Source of the DNA: a virus
IMG/VR virus record: IMGVR_UViG_3300021185_001174
Span: 1 to 64,000 of that record
Length of the DNA: 64,000 bases
Reading direction: 5' to 3' (one strand)
The notes below the pieces were generated by a model. The model had not been told where the DNA came from. It was given only the letters and a program-made list of their open reading frames with translations, and made no database searches. Numbering within the stretch: position 1 is the first letter of the stretch; the number at the start of each line of letters is the position of its first letter. The position numbers were made by a program, and so were the translations under genes. This document shows, one piece after another, positions 37,228-46,349 of this stretch.

Positions 37228-37928
37228 TATACTATTCCAGTAAATTTAAAGTATTGGTCACCATTAGTTGATGGAGTTCCACTATTACCCATATAGGCAC
37301 TTAGTGGATGTGTAACTCCCAAATTGGCCATATTCCAAAACCAATATGCCTCAGAATAGCCCGTATAGTTACTATTACCAAAGGAGCTTGCAGCTGTTCT
37401 ATTAAATGTGAATGTTGGACTACCACTATCATTTGACTGGTCAGCATAGTACTCTATTGCAGTAAATCCTGAATTTGATAATGAAGTTGTGCCAGTACTT
37501 CCAGTGCGTTTCATATATAAAACGAAGCTATTAGCATTAGTGCTGTTAATCCCAAACCAACCAACTCTGGTACATATTAAATTTGTGCTTGAGCAACTTC
37601 TTCCACCAAATGTAATATTATTGCCTTCAACAATAGTATCATCATCAATAGTACCACCTTGGCCTGAAACTGAAGGATTTGCAGTATATTCTGAAGTATA
37701 AGAAGTAACGTACTGACTAGCAAAAACCACATAATCGGGCTGTACAACCATATCATATAATACTTCTGCACTTTTTCCATAAAAGTCAGCTAATTCGATT
37801 TCACCTGAAGCTACTCCAGCAAGGGTTCTAAAGTTTGCATCATTAAGAGTATATTGTCCTGGGCCGCCTATATCAAGTTCGGTAACGATATCTCCCATCG
37901 CAATCTGGCCTGAAGTTTGTAATGGCAT
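37227..37928 (-). CDS. Putative tail-fibre tip / adhesin-like virion protein
   Basis: N-terminal MPLQTSGQIAMGDIVTEL..LNDANFRTLAGVASGEIELADFYGKS module common in phage fibre accessory proteins; Ser/Thr/Gly/aromatic-rich C-domain. Confidence 0.6.
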   Translation of the reverse strand: MPLQTSGQIAMGDIVTELDIGGPGQYTLNDANFRTLAGVASGEIELADFYGKSAEVLYDMVVQPDYVVFASQYVTSYTSEYTANPSVSGQGGTIDDDTIVEGNNITFGGRSCSSTNLICTRVGWFGINSTNANSFVLYMKRTGSTGTTSLSNSGFTAIEYYADQSNDSGSPTFTFNRTAASSFGNSNYTGYSEAYWFWNMANLGVTHPLSAYMGNSGTPSTNGDQYFKFTGIV

Positions 37929-37931
37929 TTA

Positions 37932-38786
37932 TTACGCCTCTTCTCTTGTATAAGCCTTAATATGAGTAAACGCACGAGTAGTTGTATTATATACACAACC
38001 CCAAATCATTAATTTTGGTTTAATACTTGAGTCACTAATATTATAGGGAAATGTGTACGAATTTTCAGTACACCATTCTTGCATTGCATCTGCATCAGCT
38101 AAGAAATATACATCAACATGTTCATTTACATTATTGGACTTATCATGTATTCTAGCATAGAAGTGATAATCACCCATAGGTAAGTTACTTGATACATTAG
38201 TATAAGTAACATCATCTACTCTTAACATTTCTTCAGCAGGAATAACAAACTTAGCCAATACTTCTTCTGTAGTCTTATCAAACTTTAAACCATACCATGG
38301 CATATATTGTTCATAACTTGCACCAAATGTTGTTTTAATTTCATCAGATGGTTCTTCAAAGTTATAAAAGGAAATACTATCATTAGTATAAGGTGGTCTC
38401 CGCGCTGGGTATTCTGCCACTGTGTTTTTAGGATGTGTTGTATATGAAGAAACCTCATTCGGCCAAGTAGCTTGTAATTTAGCAATTATTGCTTGACCTT
38501 GTGTTGTACCTATTGCATAATCTTCTCTTGCTAAACTTCCACCCATATAGGTTTTATCAAGTACGTTTGTTTCATTTACTTCCCTAGTAACATCAATCTG
38601 AGCTTTAATAGAACCAAACTGCTCATGATAAATTTTTAAAACTTTATTTTCTGATGCACTGGTATTTAAAGTAGAATCATTATTTACTTCAGAGGGACTT
38701 TCGATAGTAATATTATCTATTGAAAGTGTAGTAGTATAACCTGATGGTGATTCTAAATTTTCAGTGTGTGTATATGTAAATGCCAT
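37932..38786 (-). CDS. Hypothetical protein within the adhesin-like cassette
   Basis: 284-aa ORF packed between two paralogues. Confidence 0.7.
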   Translation of the reverse strand: MAFTYTHTENLESPSGYTTTLSIDNITIESPSEVNNDSTLNTSASENKVLKIYHEQFGSIKAQIDVTREVNETNVLDKTYMGGSLAREDYAIGTTQGQAIIAKLQATWPNEVSSYTTHPKNTVAEYPARRPPYTNDSISFYNFEEPSDEIKTTFGASYEQYMPWYGLKFDKTTEEVLAKFVIPAEEMLRVDDVTYTNVSSNLPMGDYHFYARIHDKSNNVNEHVDVYFLADADAMQEWCTENSYTFPYNISDSSIKPKLMIWGCVYNTTTRAFTHIKAYTREEA

Positions 38787-40171
38787 TATGATAGTCCTGT
38801 TATTGCTATTGTGTGTGTATCGTTATTACTAGGTGTAGTGTTAATACCAAAGTAATTAGAGTATGATTGATTTGTGTTCCAGGATAAAAATGCTCTAGTG
38901 TAACTACCACCGTCAGTAAAGGATAAAGTTGCACTACTAATTGGTAATGTTAAATCAGGAGTTCCTGAATTATCAGATTGGTCTAAATAAATCTCAACAG
39001 CCGTAAACCCTGTTTTGGTCCATGAAGTTCCGTGGTCAGGACTATGGTCTTCAAGCGATATACTAAAAGCAGAACTTACGGTTGACGAATTAGTACTGGA
39101 AAAATAAGCACTTTTTATCTGTATATCATTTGTATTTCTAGTAAGGCCGCCAAATGTAATAGGACCACTATTTGGAAATGTTGCATCACCTAGTGTATCA
39201 TCTATTCCTGCAAAATTGGTGTCGGTGACCATATAGCCACTATAATAGTAGGTAGTATAACCTGCAGTAAACCCCCAATAATCAGGCAATATAGTAGTAG
39301 TATGGGTAATTATCTGAGGTACAAAAGTCTTACTATAAAAATCAGAAAATTTAATCTCTGCAGGAGGACTGCCTTCTTCTGGGATTCCTGTTACATTACC
39401 TATAACATCACCATTTTTATAATAGTCGGATATAGCAACGTTAAGATTATCAGCACCGGTCATTTCTTCTGCAATACCCGTATTAAGTGTAGTAGTTGTA
39501 GTACCAGATATAATTTCTACATCATAACTAGTACCAGCACTAGGAGTACCTAGGGACGTTATCGCATTATATACAGTTCCAGAACTTCCATGCCATTCCC
39601 ACCAGCTATTTCCAGCTTCGTTTTGGTCATAGGCTAAATCAGTTCTATTTATTGTTACTGCAGTTCCACCATTAGTTGTAATTTTAATCTTTTCAAAAGT
39701 ATTATCACTATTAGTAACACTAGAGCCTGATAGCGCAAAACAAAAAACTCTATTGCTTGCATTGGGCGGAGGTGATGCATCGGGTAAGCCCCAAGTAAGT
39801 ATTTTTATTGTCCTAGAGATTAATCCAGCATCTGAATATGAAGTAGAACCTAGACTTCCGTATGCACTAGTGCTGGTAAATTTTCTAAATTCATTGGCTG
39901 CTAATGGAGCATTCATTGGCCATCTCTGATGAATATAACTACTAGAAAAGTTACTAGCCGCAGAGTTAAATCCATACATATCACCTTTCCAGACTTCGGT
40001 CGCTATATAGCTGCCATCTTCATTTTGTTCTACATTTTGTATCATTGACATTAACGCATCAAGACCAGTTGTCATAGTAGTATCGAGCAACTGTGTCTCT
40101 ACCGTAGTAGAAGGATTAGTATCATTTAATCCTTGTAATTTTATTTCACTTCCTGAGGCTACTAAGGTCAT
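38786..40171 (-). CDS. Putative adhesin-like virion protein, paralogue of 37227-37928
   Basis: Internal AISDYY..EIKFSDFYSKT module; C-domain shares ITFGG and GFTA(V/I)E.Y.DQS..SG.P with the 233-aa protein. Confidence 0.6.
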   Translation of the reverse strand: MTLVASGSEIKLQGLNDTNPSTTVETQLLDTTMTTGLDALMSMIQNVEQNEDGSYIATEVWKGDMYGFNSAASNFSSSYIHQRWPMNAPLAANEFRKFTSTSAYGSLGSTSYSDAGLISRTIKILTWGLPDASPPPNASNRVFCFALSGSSVTNSDNTFEKIKITTNGGTAVTINRTDLAYDQNEAGNSWWEWHGSSGTVYNAITSLGTPSAGTSYDVEIISGTTTTTLNTGIAEEMTGADNLNVAISDYYKNGDVIGNVTGIPEEGSPPAEIKFSDFYSKTFVPQIITHTTTILPDYWGFTAGYTTYYYSGYMVTDTNFAGIDDTLGDATFPNSGPITFGGLTRNTNDIQIKSAYFSSTNSSTVSSAFSISLEDHSPDHGTSWTKTGFTAVEIYLDQSDNSGTPDLTLPISSATLSFTDGGSYTRAFLSWNTNQSYSNYFGINTTPSNNDTHTIAITGLS

Positions 40172-40434
40172 TTAATAATCTCCGTAATTAAATCTTCAAA
40201 CTGTTCTATCTTCTCTACTCTATTGGGCCAAAGAATATACTCTTTTTCTGGATTCTTCTTTAAATTGCTTAATAGGGGTAAGATACTATTATATAGTTTG
40301 TTTAATTTATCTTCTAGTTGTTGTACGTTAGCAGATGCTGTTGAAGCTTCAGTCTTTACACTTTGGACTGCTTCTAGTTCGTGTTCATCTACTGCTGTAA
40401 AGCCGAAGTCAAAATCTAATAAATCGTTGCTCAT
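40168..40434 (-). CDS. Conserved hypothetical protein of marine T4-like phages
   Basis: DFDFGFTAVDE..LPLLSNLKKNPEKEYILWPNR; late promoter just upstream. Confidence 0.75.
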   Translation of the reverse strand: MSNDLLDFDFGFTAVDEHELEAVQSVKTEASTASANVQQLEDKLNKLYNSILPLLSNLKKNPEKEYILWPNRVEKIEQFEDLITEIIK

Positions 40435-40436
40435 AT

Positions 40437-40658
40437 TTAATCCTCTATTAAACTATTTATAAGGTTTTTATCTTCTTTTCTGTGGTTTTGTTTCTTTTTA
40501 TTTGGTATAACCCTGTGGTTAAATGGCAGGTCTGTATCCCATAATACTTTATGGTATCTAGTTTTTATTTTCTTTGGCTTTTGAGGCGTTCGTATTTTCT
40601 TCGCCATCTTCATCTCCATGTTCAACTTTTTTATTTTTCTTACCAAAGATAGCATCAT
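40437..40658 (-). CDS. Small basic hypothetical protein (probable start MAKKIRTP)
   Basis: ORF track; KVLWDTDLPFNHRVIPNKKK. Confidence 0.55.
   Translation of the reverse strand: MMLSLVRKIKKLNMEMKMAKKIRTPQKPKKIKTRYHKVLWDTDLPFNHRVIPNKKKQNHRKEDKNLINSLIED
40454..40461 (-). promoter_or_regulatory. T4-type late promoter heading the adhesin cassette
   Basis: TATAAATA 20 nt before the ATG at 40434. Confidence 0.62.
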
Positions 40659-40731
40659 AGTTATCCAGATATTTTTTACTTGTTATCTTTGTTTGTATAC
40701 TGTCACCAGTTACATCATTCTTTGTTACCAA
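40558..40731 (-). CDS. Small conserved hypothetical protein (probable TTG start)
   Basis: KNDVTGDSIQTK..YLDNYDAIFGKK; SD AGGAG upstream of a TTG at 40731. Confidence 0.6.
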   Translation of the reverse strand: MVTKNDVTGDSIQTKITSKKYLDNYDAIFGKKNKKVEHGDEDGEENTNASKAKENKN

Positions 40732-40895
40732 TTGTGTACTACTCCTGACATGATAAAGAAGCATGTTATAAAATTAACTAGTACTATTATAGTTCTAATC
40801 AGTGCAATAACATCTGCTTCTTTATTAGATTTACCTTCTTTTTCTCCAAGTGATTTGGCCCAAAGTCTCCAAGCCTTACTTAGTATTCCAAACAA
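40725..40895 (-). CDS. Small membrane protein (56 aa, TTG start, not in track)
   Basis: Hand translation ...AWRLWAKSLGEKEGKSNKEADVIALIRTIIVLVNFITCFFIMSGVVHNW*; a motif I recognise from marine T4-like phages. Confidence 0.7.
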   Translation of the reverse strand: MFGILSKAWRLWAKSLGEKEGKSNKEADVIALIRTIIVLVNFITCFFIMSGVVHNW

Positions 40896-41079
40896 TTTCA
40901 ATGCCTCGGCTAACTAATTCGTTTTGGCATTTCTGTTTAATCTTAGGCTTACCATTAGAACTATTGATATAATCAAATAATTCTTGCTTAGGGGTTGACT
41001 TCATATAGAAGTTTTCTGTTTTGTTTTTTCCCGTTTTTTTATCTCTTACAGTTTGAGATGGTTTAAATTTTATTGGCAT
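40876..41079 (-). CDS. Small conserved hypothetical protein
   Basis: MPIKFKPSQ..FYMKSTPKQEL..NELVSRGI. Confidence 0.7.
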   Translation of the reverse strand: MPIKFKPSQTVRDKKTGKNKTENFYMKSTPKQELFDYINSSNGKPKIKQKCQNELVSRGIEIVWNTK

Positions 41080-41711
41080 TATATCTCCCCGACTATGTGT
41101 TTATATATATCTTTCCATTTCCAATACCTTGGAATGTTTCCTTCATAATAAGCATTATGTTCATGAGCCACAAGTATTGATTCAAGTCCGAATCTTTTAC
41201 CTACTTCAGCATTCTCTACTTTATCTTCTACCCAGAAACATTCTGTACCTTGATATTGTTTTAGTACTTCATCTTTATCAGCACCACATCCAAGATAGAT
41301 ATAATCATCAAATAATTCTTTTCCAAAAAGTAATTCTAAATTTTGAGTTCTTAATCTTTGAGCATACTTGTTATCACTTAAAGATGTAATGCAATGAAAT
41401 CTATAACCATGTAACATATTAAGTCTTTTCATGTAATAGACTGCATCTCTTAATGGTGGTAAGAAAGCAATTGCGGCAGACTCATTAAACTCTTCAACAC
41501 ATTTCTTACTAAACTCTCTTGTTAAGTTAAATCTTTTTGCAACATTGTACTCATCATACTTACTGGTAGGATATCCTTTATGGTTCATCCATTGTGTGAA
41601 TGAATATTCCCAGTCGCAGAGAACTCCATCACAATCTACTAAAATTATATTTTCTTTCATTCTATCTCCTAACATCTTAATGAAAGACCCTTTCCTTGCC
41701 ATTAATAACAA
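41079..41711 (-). CDS. HAD-family 5'(3')-deoxyribonucleotidase-like protein (probable start MKENIILV)
   Basis: ILVDCDGVLCDW (DxDG motif I), FHCITS, FWVEDK (motif IV). Confidence 0.85.
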   Translation of the reverse strand: MLLMARKGSFIKMLGDRMKENIILVDCDGVLCDWEYSFTQWMNHKGYPTSKYDEYNVAKRFNLTREFSKKCVEEFNESAAIAFLPPLRDAVYYMKRLNMLHGYRFHCITSLSDNKYAQRLRTQNLELLFGKELFDDYIYLGCGADKDEVLKQYQGTECFWVEDKVENAEVGKRFGLESILVAHEHNAYYEGNIPRYWKWKDIYKHIVGEI

Positions 41712-41895
41712 GATGGTCTATATGTACGTTACCTCTTGGGTCCATGATTCCATGTTTTACTAACATTTCACATAGTCTATCCCAAGCATCATCTTCTTTA
41801 GATATAGCAAGTTCCACCATTTCTGGTAGTGGTAATGGAAGATAGACTTTACAGCCTTTCTTACTAACTAATCTTCCTACTATTTTATTCTTCAT
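41677..41895 (-). CDS. Hypothetical early protein
   Basis: Directly behind the promoter at 41918-41946. Confidence 0.65.
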   Translation of the reverse strand: MKNKIVGRLVSKKGCKVYLPLPLPEMVELAISKEDDAWDRLCEMLVKHGIMDPRGNVHIDHLVINGKERVFH

Positions 41896-41917
41896 ATCTA
41901 TCTCTTTTTATACTAAT

Positions 41918-41946
41918 ATTATACTACACTTTCTAGTAAATGTAAA
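41918..41946 (-). promoter_or_regulatory. Sigma70-type early promoter
   Basis: TTTACA-17-TATAAT with AAGTGTAG. Confidence 0.8.
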
Positions 41947-41960
41947 GTGTTTTTTTAAAT

Positions 41961-42170
41961 TTATTTAAAGTATTTTATTAACATTTCAAGCTTGTCGTGA
42001 TATTCAGCCATTAACCCTAGTTCTTTTTCTAGTGTTTCCATTTGGTCTGAATGTTCACCAACAGATACTTGATTACTTAAGATGATTTCGGCATTCATTT
42101 TATGTTTTTCTGCCTGCGCTTCCATATACTTCATAGAAGTCGCTACCATTTGGTCTCTAAAGTTTTTCAT
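41961..42170 (-). CDS. Small conserved hypothetical protein (probable start MKNFRDQM)
   Basis: VSVGEHSDQMETLEKELGLMAEYHDKL motif. Confidence 0.7.
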   Translation of the reverse strand: MKNFRDQMVATSMKYMEAQAEKHKMNAEIILSNQVSVGEHSDQMETLEKELGLMAEYHDKLEMLIKYFK

Positions 42171-42171
42171 A

Positions 42172-42864
42172 TTATCTCCCGAATACATTTTCCATGCGTT
42201 TTTCTTTTTGATACTGTTTAATAGTATCCCATAATTTATCAGTCCAGTTATCTCTGTGCTCGATAAAAACTTGTGGGTCCTCATTATCTACTGCAATCAT
42301 AATCACAAGTTGAGTAATTGGCATCCCTGTTCTTTCTTCCCACATGATTGCATACGCTGCACATTGTAAGAAGTAACCAGTAATCCATTCTTTCTTTTTA
42401 GGCTTACGTGATGTTTTATAATCAATGATAGAGTTTACCCCATTCCATACACCAACACAGTCTACTCTACCAGCTAGTTCTAAGTGTTGTGAATATAAAG
42501 GTGCCTCTTGTGAATAAACTTTATCTAGGTTATTATCTAGTATATGTTTTACATCTTGAAAGGATTGGATAATATGAGGCATATAACCTTCGGTATAGTT
42601 CGGGTCATTATCTACATACTTTTCAAGTATTGCGTGGACAGCTGTACCTCTACTTGAGGCAACTCTACTAATCTTGTTTGCCTCTTTTTCACCTACTCGC
42701 GCTCTCCACGCTTGTATTGCCTCTCTACTTAATATAGAAAGAACCGTGGTGACACTAGGGTATTGTTCGCCGTCCGGCGTCTTATATACTCTTCCTTTTC
42801 CTTCGGAAGTGGTCGCTGTTAAATCTTCATAACCTAAATCAATTGGTTCATGTATAAAGCTCAT
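42172..42864 (-). CDS. PD-(D/E)XK exonuclease (Cas4/lambda-exo-like phage nuclease)
   Basis: YPSVTTVLS..WRARVG..RGTAVH..AGRVDC..IIDYKTS..YFLQCAAYA. Confidence 0.88.
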   Translation of the reverse strand: MSFIHEPIDLGYEDLTATTSEGKGRVYKTPDGEQYPSVTTVLSILSREAIQAWRARVGEKEANKISRVASSRGTAVHAILEKYVDNDPNYTEGYMPHIIQSFQDVKHILDNNLDKVYSQEAPLYSQHLELAGRVDCVGVWNGVNSIIDYKTSRKPKKKEWITGYFLQCAAYAIMWEERTGMPITQLVIMIAVDNEDPQVFIEHRDNWTDKLWDTIKQYQKEKRMENVFGR

Positions 42865-43550
42865 AGTTTCTCCTGGTCTACTAAATCTTTTGTCATTAAG
42901 AAATCACGTACTAGTCCAGACCTAACAATGTCTTCCCATGTAAAATCAATAATATCAAAATACTTCATATGTTTAAGAATGTAAAGAAACTTATCCAAGC
43001 CTTCTTTATCATTAGTGTGTTTAAAATCTGATTGATAATGGTCACCACATACTAGAATTTTAGTATTATTACCAAGTCGTGTTATAACCGAACATAATTC
43101 ATGGTAGTTACAATTCTGTGCTTCATCAATTATAATAATAGCATTGTGAATAGTTAAACCTCTTATATAAGAAGTGGTAAGATATTCAACAGATTTCATT
43201 GTAACTAACTTATCCCATGCCGTAGGGTCTTCAAAGAGTTCGGTTGTAATTGCTTTATAAGGTGCCTTATAAGCTTCTTCTTTCTCTTCTTGTGTCCCTG
43301 GTAAGAATCCCATATCTCTGGTAGGTACTGCTGACCTAACAAATATAATTCTTTCATAGTTAGAACTTTTATCCAATACTTCTTCTAGTGCCAGATAAGA
43401 AGCAATAAATGTCTTACCAGTTCCTGCGGCACCTATTAGTGCTAGATTTTGTCCTGACTTATAAGAATCAAATACATTCTTCTGATTCGCAGTAAGAGGC
43501 TCTCTTGTGTGTAAGTGTTCTAGTCTTAACTTAGCTGGTAGTTTATTCAT
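42861..43550 (-). CDS. phoH: PhoH-family ATPase
   Basis: GAAGTGKT, GFLPGTQEEK, YIRGLT, IIIDEAQN, ITRLG, GDHYQSD, DIVRSGLV. Confidence 0.95.
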   Translation of the reverse strand: MNKLPAKLRLEHLHTREPLTANQKNVFDSYKSGQNLALIGAAGTGKTFIASYLALEEVLDKSSNYERIIFVRSAVPTRDMGFLPGTQEEKEEAYKAPYKAITTELFEDPTAWDKLVTMKSVEYLTTSYIRGLTIHNAIIIIDEAQNCNYHELCSVITRLGNNTKILVCGDHYQSDFKHTNDKEGLDKFLYILKHMKYFDIIDFTWEDIVRSGLVRDFLMTKDLVDQEKL

Positions 43551-43795
43551 TTTGTTTTAATGTTCTTATGTAATGATTTAGGAATATTTGATTTAATTTT
43601 ATCTTGCACTTCTTTCCAGCCATCTCCAGCTTTTTGTAATGCACCTTGAGAACCTTTAGATACTATTGCAGGTGCACCTACTTTTTGTTGGAGTTTTGGA
43701 TTTTCTTCCAAGTACTCTTGTAATTTGGCATAACTCATAAAGACTGTCTCCACATCTTCACCAGTTTTCTTATCTATAATATCATACAGCGGCAT
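43547..43795 (-). CDS. FmdB-like small protein lacking the zinc cysteines (probable start MPLYD)
   Basis: MPLYDIIDKKTGE..LQEYLEENP..GDGWKEVQDKIK. Confidence 0.65.
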   Translation of the reverse strand: MPLYDIIDKKTGEDVETVFMSYAKLQEYLEENPKLQQKVGAPAIVSKGSQGALQKAGDGWKEVQDKIKSNIPKSLHKNIKTK

Positions 43796-44339
43796 AATTA
43801 AACCATGATGGTACTTTGCGTTTAGTCCATTCCATTTTGAATCTTTCTTGTTTAGTTTTATAAAATGCACGATAAGACTTTACTGGGTCTTTGAACATAC
43901 ATTCTGGGTTAGAACCCATGGCCAATTTAAAAGGTGTATAGTCAGCCATTGGTATATTTTTGGGTAACAGACCTAGTTCTAGGCCTAGTAATTGTTCTGT
44001 CTTATGTATCTTACCATACCGATAAGTGTATTCTCTACATAGAGCAATGAAGTGTTGATAATGCCATCTGTAATTAGAAGAGGATTCCCTAGACCAAACA
44101 GTACATGGATGGTTCATATGAACAGCCTTGTACAATAGATTTTCTCTGTGTCCGTCTAGTTTCCAATACTTTACGTTTGTCTTACCTGACTTAGACTTTC
44201 TTGTTTCTATAGAGCCGTCAAGCATTCTGTGCACAGTAGACAGCATCTGTGCTGATTCTACAATCATTTTGACCACGTGTTTATCACATTGGTCTTGGGC
44301 CGCTTTGACTGGGTCTTCGTGTAAAATAAATATATTCAT
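43782..44339 (-). CDS. Pyrimidine-dimer DNA glycosylase (DenV) family protein
   Basis: MNIFILHEDPVKAAQDQCDKHVVKMIVESAQMLST..HMNHPCTVWSRES..YTYRYGKIHK. Confidence 0.8.
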   Translation of the reverse strand: MNIFILHEDPVKAAQDQCDKHVVKMIVESAQMLSTVHRMLDGSIETRKSKSGKTNVKYWKLDGHRENLLYKAVHMNHPCTVWSRESSSNYRWHYQHFIALCREYTYRYGKIHKTEQLLGLELGLLPKNIPMADYTPFKLAMGSNPECMFKDPVKSYRAFYKTKQERFKMEWTKRKVPSWFNYAAV

Positions 44340-44377
44340 AATATAACCTGGTTTACTTTTTTCTTTCTTAGAGTAGT

Positions 44378-44406
44378 ATTATACTACATATCCGATAAAA
44401 AGTAAA
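44378..44406 (-). promoter_or_regulatory. Sigma70-type early promoter
   Basis: TTTACT-17-TATAAT with TGTAG. Confidence 0.75.
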
Positions 44407-44436
44407 CCCCTTTTTGAAAGTTTTTTCTCAAAGGGG
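44407..44436 (-). terminator. Imperfect hairpin abutting the -35 box of the denV-like promoter
   Basis: Minus strand CCCCUUUGA...UCAAAAAGGGG followed by UUUACU. Confidence 0.45.
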
Positions 44437-44456
44437 CCACTTCATAAACCTCCTAC

Positions 44457-44663
44457 TTAACTGGCAGCTTGCATAAATCGTATGGTTTCAGTTATATAAT
44501 CTACTTTCTTTTGCATCTTATATGCTAAATCCGATTTACCTTTCTTTAATAATCTCTTCTGATAGTATAATGTCTCTCGTTTATCACGTTTAAGACGTTC
44601 AATTTCTTTACTCATAGATAGCTCCTTTAAATAAGTTGAAATTAAAACCATCATATAGAACAC
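44457..44663 (-). CDS. Small basic hypothetical protein (probable start MSKEIER)
   Basis: ORF track; SD AAGGAG before MSKE. Confidence 0.6.
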   Translation of the reverse strand: MFYMMVLISTYLKELSMSKEIERLKRDKRETLYYQKRLLKKGKSDLAYKMQKKVDYITETIRFMQAAS

Positions 44664-44664
44664 T

Positions 44665-45090
44665 CTACTTTGTTATCAAACCAGGAAATGCATCCTGACA
44701 AAGCTTCTTAGTGATACCAGTATATTTCATCTTCTTATCTTTCGCCAATACTAGCATTTCAGCCTCTGAAGCATGTAAGGACTCCAATAGCTGAATAAAC
44801 ATTGTTTCTCTTTTGATAGGGTTGACTGCGCGTCCAGTTGGGCCGTTAAAGAAAAATTTAAACCTAGTGTATCTTTTCTCTAGCCTAGAAATATTTTTAC
44901 CTGCTGGTGCATCATCTGGCTCGTAAGGCGGTGCGCCTGTTGGTAATAGACAACTAATACTTTCATCATAGTTGATTCTGATTAAGTCCTTCATTGCTGG
45001 ACTTTGATTTTGTCTGAGATAATTAACTCTCTCTTTTTTAGTTTTTAATTTACTTGCCTCAGTAAATATTTCACTTAGTAATCTTTTCAT
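44665..45090 (-). CDS. Conserved hypothetical protein of T4-like phages
   Basis: LLSEIF..LLPTGAPPY..KRETMFIQLLESLHASEAEML. Confidence 0.8.
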   Translation of the reverse strand: MKRLLSEIFTEASKLKTKKERVNYLRQNQSPAMKDLIRINYDESISCLLPTGAPPYEPDDAPAGKNISRLEKRYTRFKFFFNGPTGRAVNPIKRETMFIQLLESLHASEAEMLVLAKDKKMKYTGITKKLCQDAFPGLITK

Positions 45091-46069
45091 TGTTGTAAAA
45101 TTCCTCCACTACTTCAATCAATAATTTGCATCTTTTCTTAATAAGATAATTTAGAACTTTCATCCTCATAGGAAGTTTTTGTTCATCATAGTTATTTATA
45201 ATACTTTTTTGGATACCTTCTGGTATTTCAGTTAAGTCTATAAGTTTTTTGTTTCTTTGATAGTTACGATATAGTTCCTCAGGCATTAGATGTCTTAGGT
45301 TTTCTGCACCTTGAATCCAATCATCTATTCTAGTCTGACGTAAAGGAGTTTGTTTTGCACCTTCTGTAATAAATGTATCGTCATTAGATAATACGTTTGG
45401 AATACCATCTCCACTATCTCCTCTAAAGATATGATTCCAAAGATAAGTTACTGGGTTTTCATCTAGTACTTGTTTCTTTTGAATAGGAGAGAATTGCTTG
45501 ATGTTCTTATATCTCTGTAATTGGATAAAGTCTTTATCGGATGAAATAATCATAACTGGTTCATGTTGGCCAAACTCTTGGGTATTCATTGCAAGAGTAC
45601 CGATAATATCATCTGCCTCACAGCCTTCCATATGTAATACTTTATAAGGTAAGTTTTCTGCAATCTCTTCTCTTACTAGATTTAATATTCTAAAGATTTC
45701 ATTCCAATCTGTACCAGTATCTTCACTACGGCCCTTTCTACGATTTGCTTTATACTCTGGGAAGTATTCTCTTCGCCAAGTATTCATGCCATCAGCACAG
45801 ATAACCATCTGTCCGTATTCACCCCTATACTTTTTATTATACATTCTAATACTATTCAGTATCATGTGTCTTATCATATCTTCATCATTTAATTTTTGCA
45901 CTATGATATTAGAAAGTGCAATCTGATTGTAATCAAGTAGTATCATTATCTGGCTCTTCATCCTTAGGCGTTGTATGTGCCTGTTGTAGTTTTTTAAGTT
46001 TAATATAGAGTTTATCCATATCTTTTTGAATACTATGGGGTAGGTCAATATATCTAAGTAACATGGCAT
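45071..46069 (-). CDS. rnh: RNase H / 5'-3' exonuclease (probable start MILLDYNQ)
   Basis: WRREYFPEYKANR, EADDIIGTL, IISSDKDFIQLQ, GDSGDGIPN. Confidence 0.93.
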   Translation of the reverse strand: MPCYLDILTYPIVFKKIWINSILNLKNYNRHIQRLRMKSQIMILLDYNQIALSNIIVQKLNDEDMIRHMILNSIRMYNKKYRGEYGQMVICADGMNTWRREYFPEYKANRRKGRSEDTGTDWNEIFRILNLVREEIAENLPYKVLHMEGCEADDIIGTLAMNTQEFGQHEPVMIISSDKDFIQLQRYKNIKQFSPIQKKQVLDENPVTYLWNHIFRGDSGDGIPNVLSNDDTFITEGAKQTPLRQTRIDDWIQGAENLRHLMPEELYRNYQRNKKLIDLTEIPEGIQKSIINNYDEQKLPMRMKVLNYLIKKRCKLLIEVVEEFYNNEKITK

Positions 46070-46304
46070 AGACTAGGTTTGCAATAACAAAAGCATCTCT
46101 ACTCTCGCAGTACTGTTCATCACGAATATCAAAACCTTCTAACCAACCTAAGTCCATATCTAAGATTTCATACTCCATCATACTTACCATATGCTGAGAT
46201 ATCTCCATTGATTCACCTATAATGGTTTCAACGACTGTTGGATGTTCTCCATCTTTATTAGTTGTTATCTCTTTTCCTGTCGGAAACTGTATTAATTTTC
46301 CCAT
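45933..46304 (-). CDS. Hypothetical early protein
   Basis: MGKLIQFP start; behind the promoter at 46314-46342. Confidence 0.7.
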   Translation of the reverse strand: MGKLIQFPTGKEITTNKDGEHPTVVETIIGESMEISQHMVSMMEYEILDMDLGWLEGFDIRDEQYCESRDAFVIANLVYAMLLRYIDLPHSIQKDMDKLYIKLKKLQQAHTTPKDEEPDNDTT

Positions 46305-46313
46305 AATATGTAT

Positions 46314-46342
46314 ATTATACTACATTTCCTTGTGCTTGTAAA
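46314..46342 (-). promoter_or_regulatory. Sigma70-type early promoter
   Basis: TTTACA-17-TATAAT with TGTAG. Confidence 0.78.
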
Positions 46343-46349
46343 GTGTTTT

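Noticed and set aside
37043-37243. Plus-strand 66-aa ORF
   Set aside because: Phe/Leu-rich antisense artefact; the minus-strand frame 37081-37227 fits the operon better.
42172-42864. Cas4-like nuclease as evidence of CRISPR
   Set aside because: No array, no other cas genes and no Fe-S cysteines; it is an ordinary phage exonuclease.
42861-44339. phoH and denV-like as novel auxiliary genes
   Set aside because: Common in marine T4-like phages; annotated but not novel.
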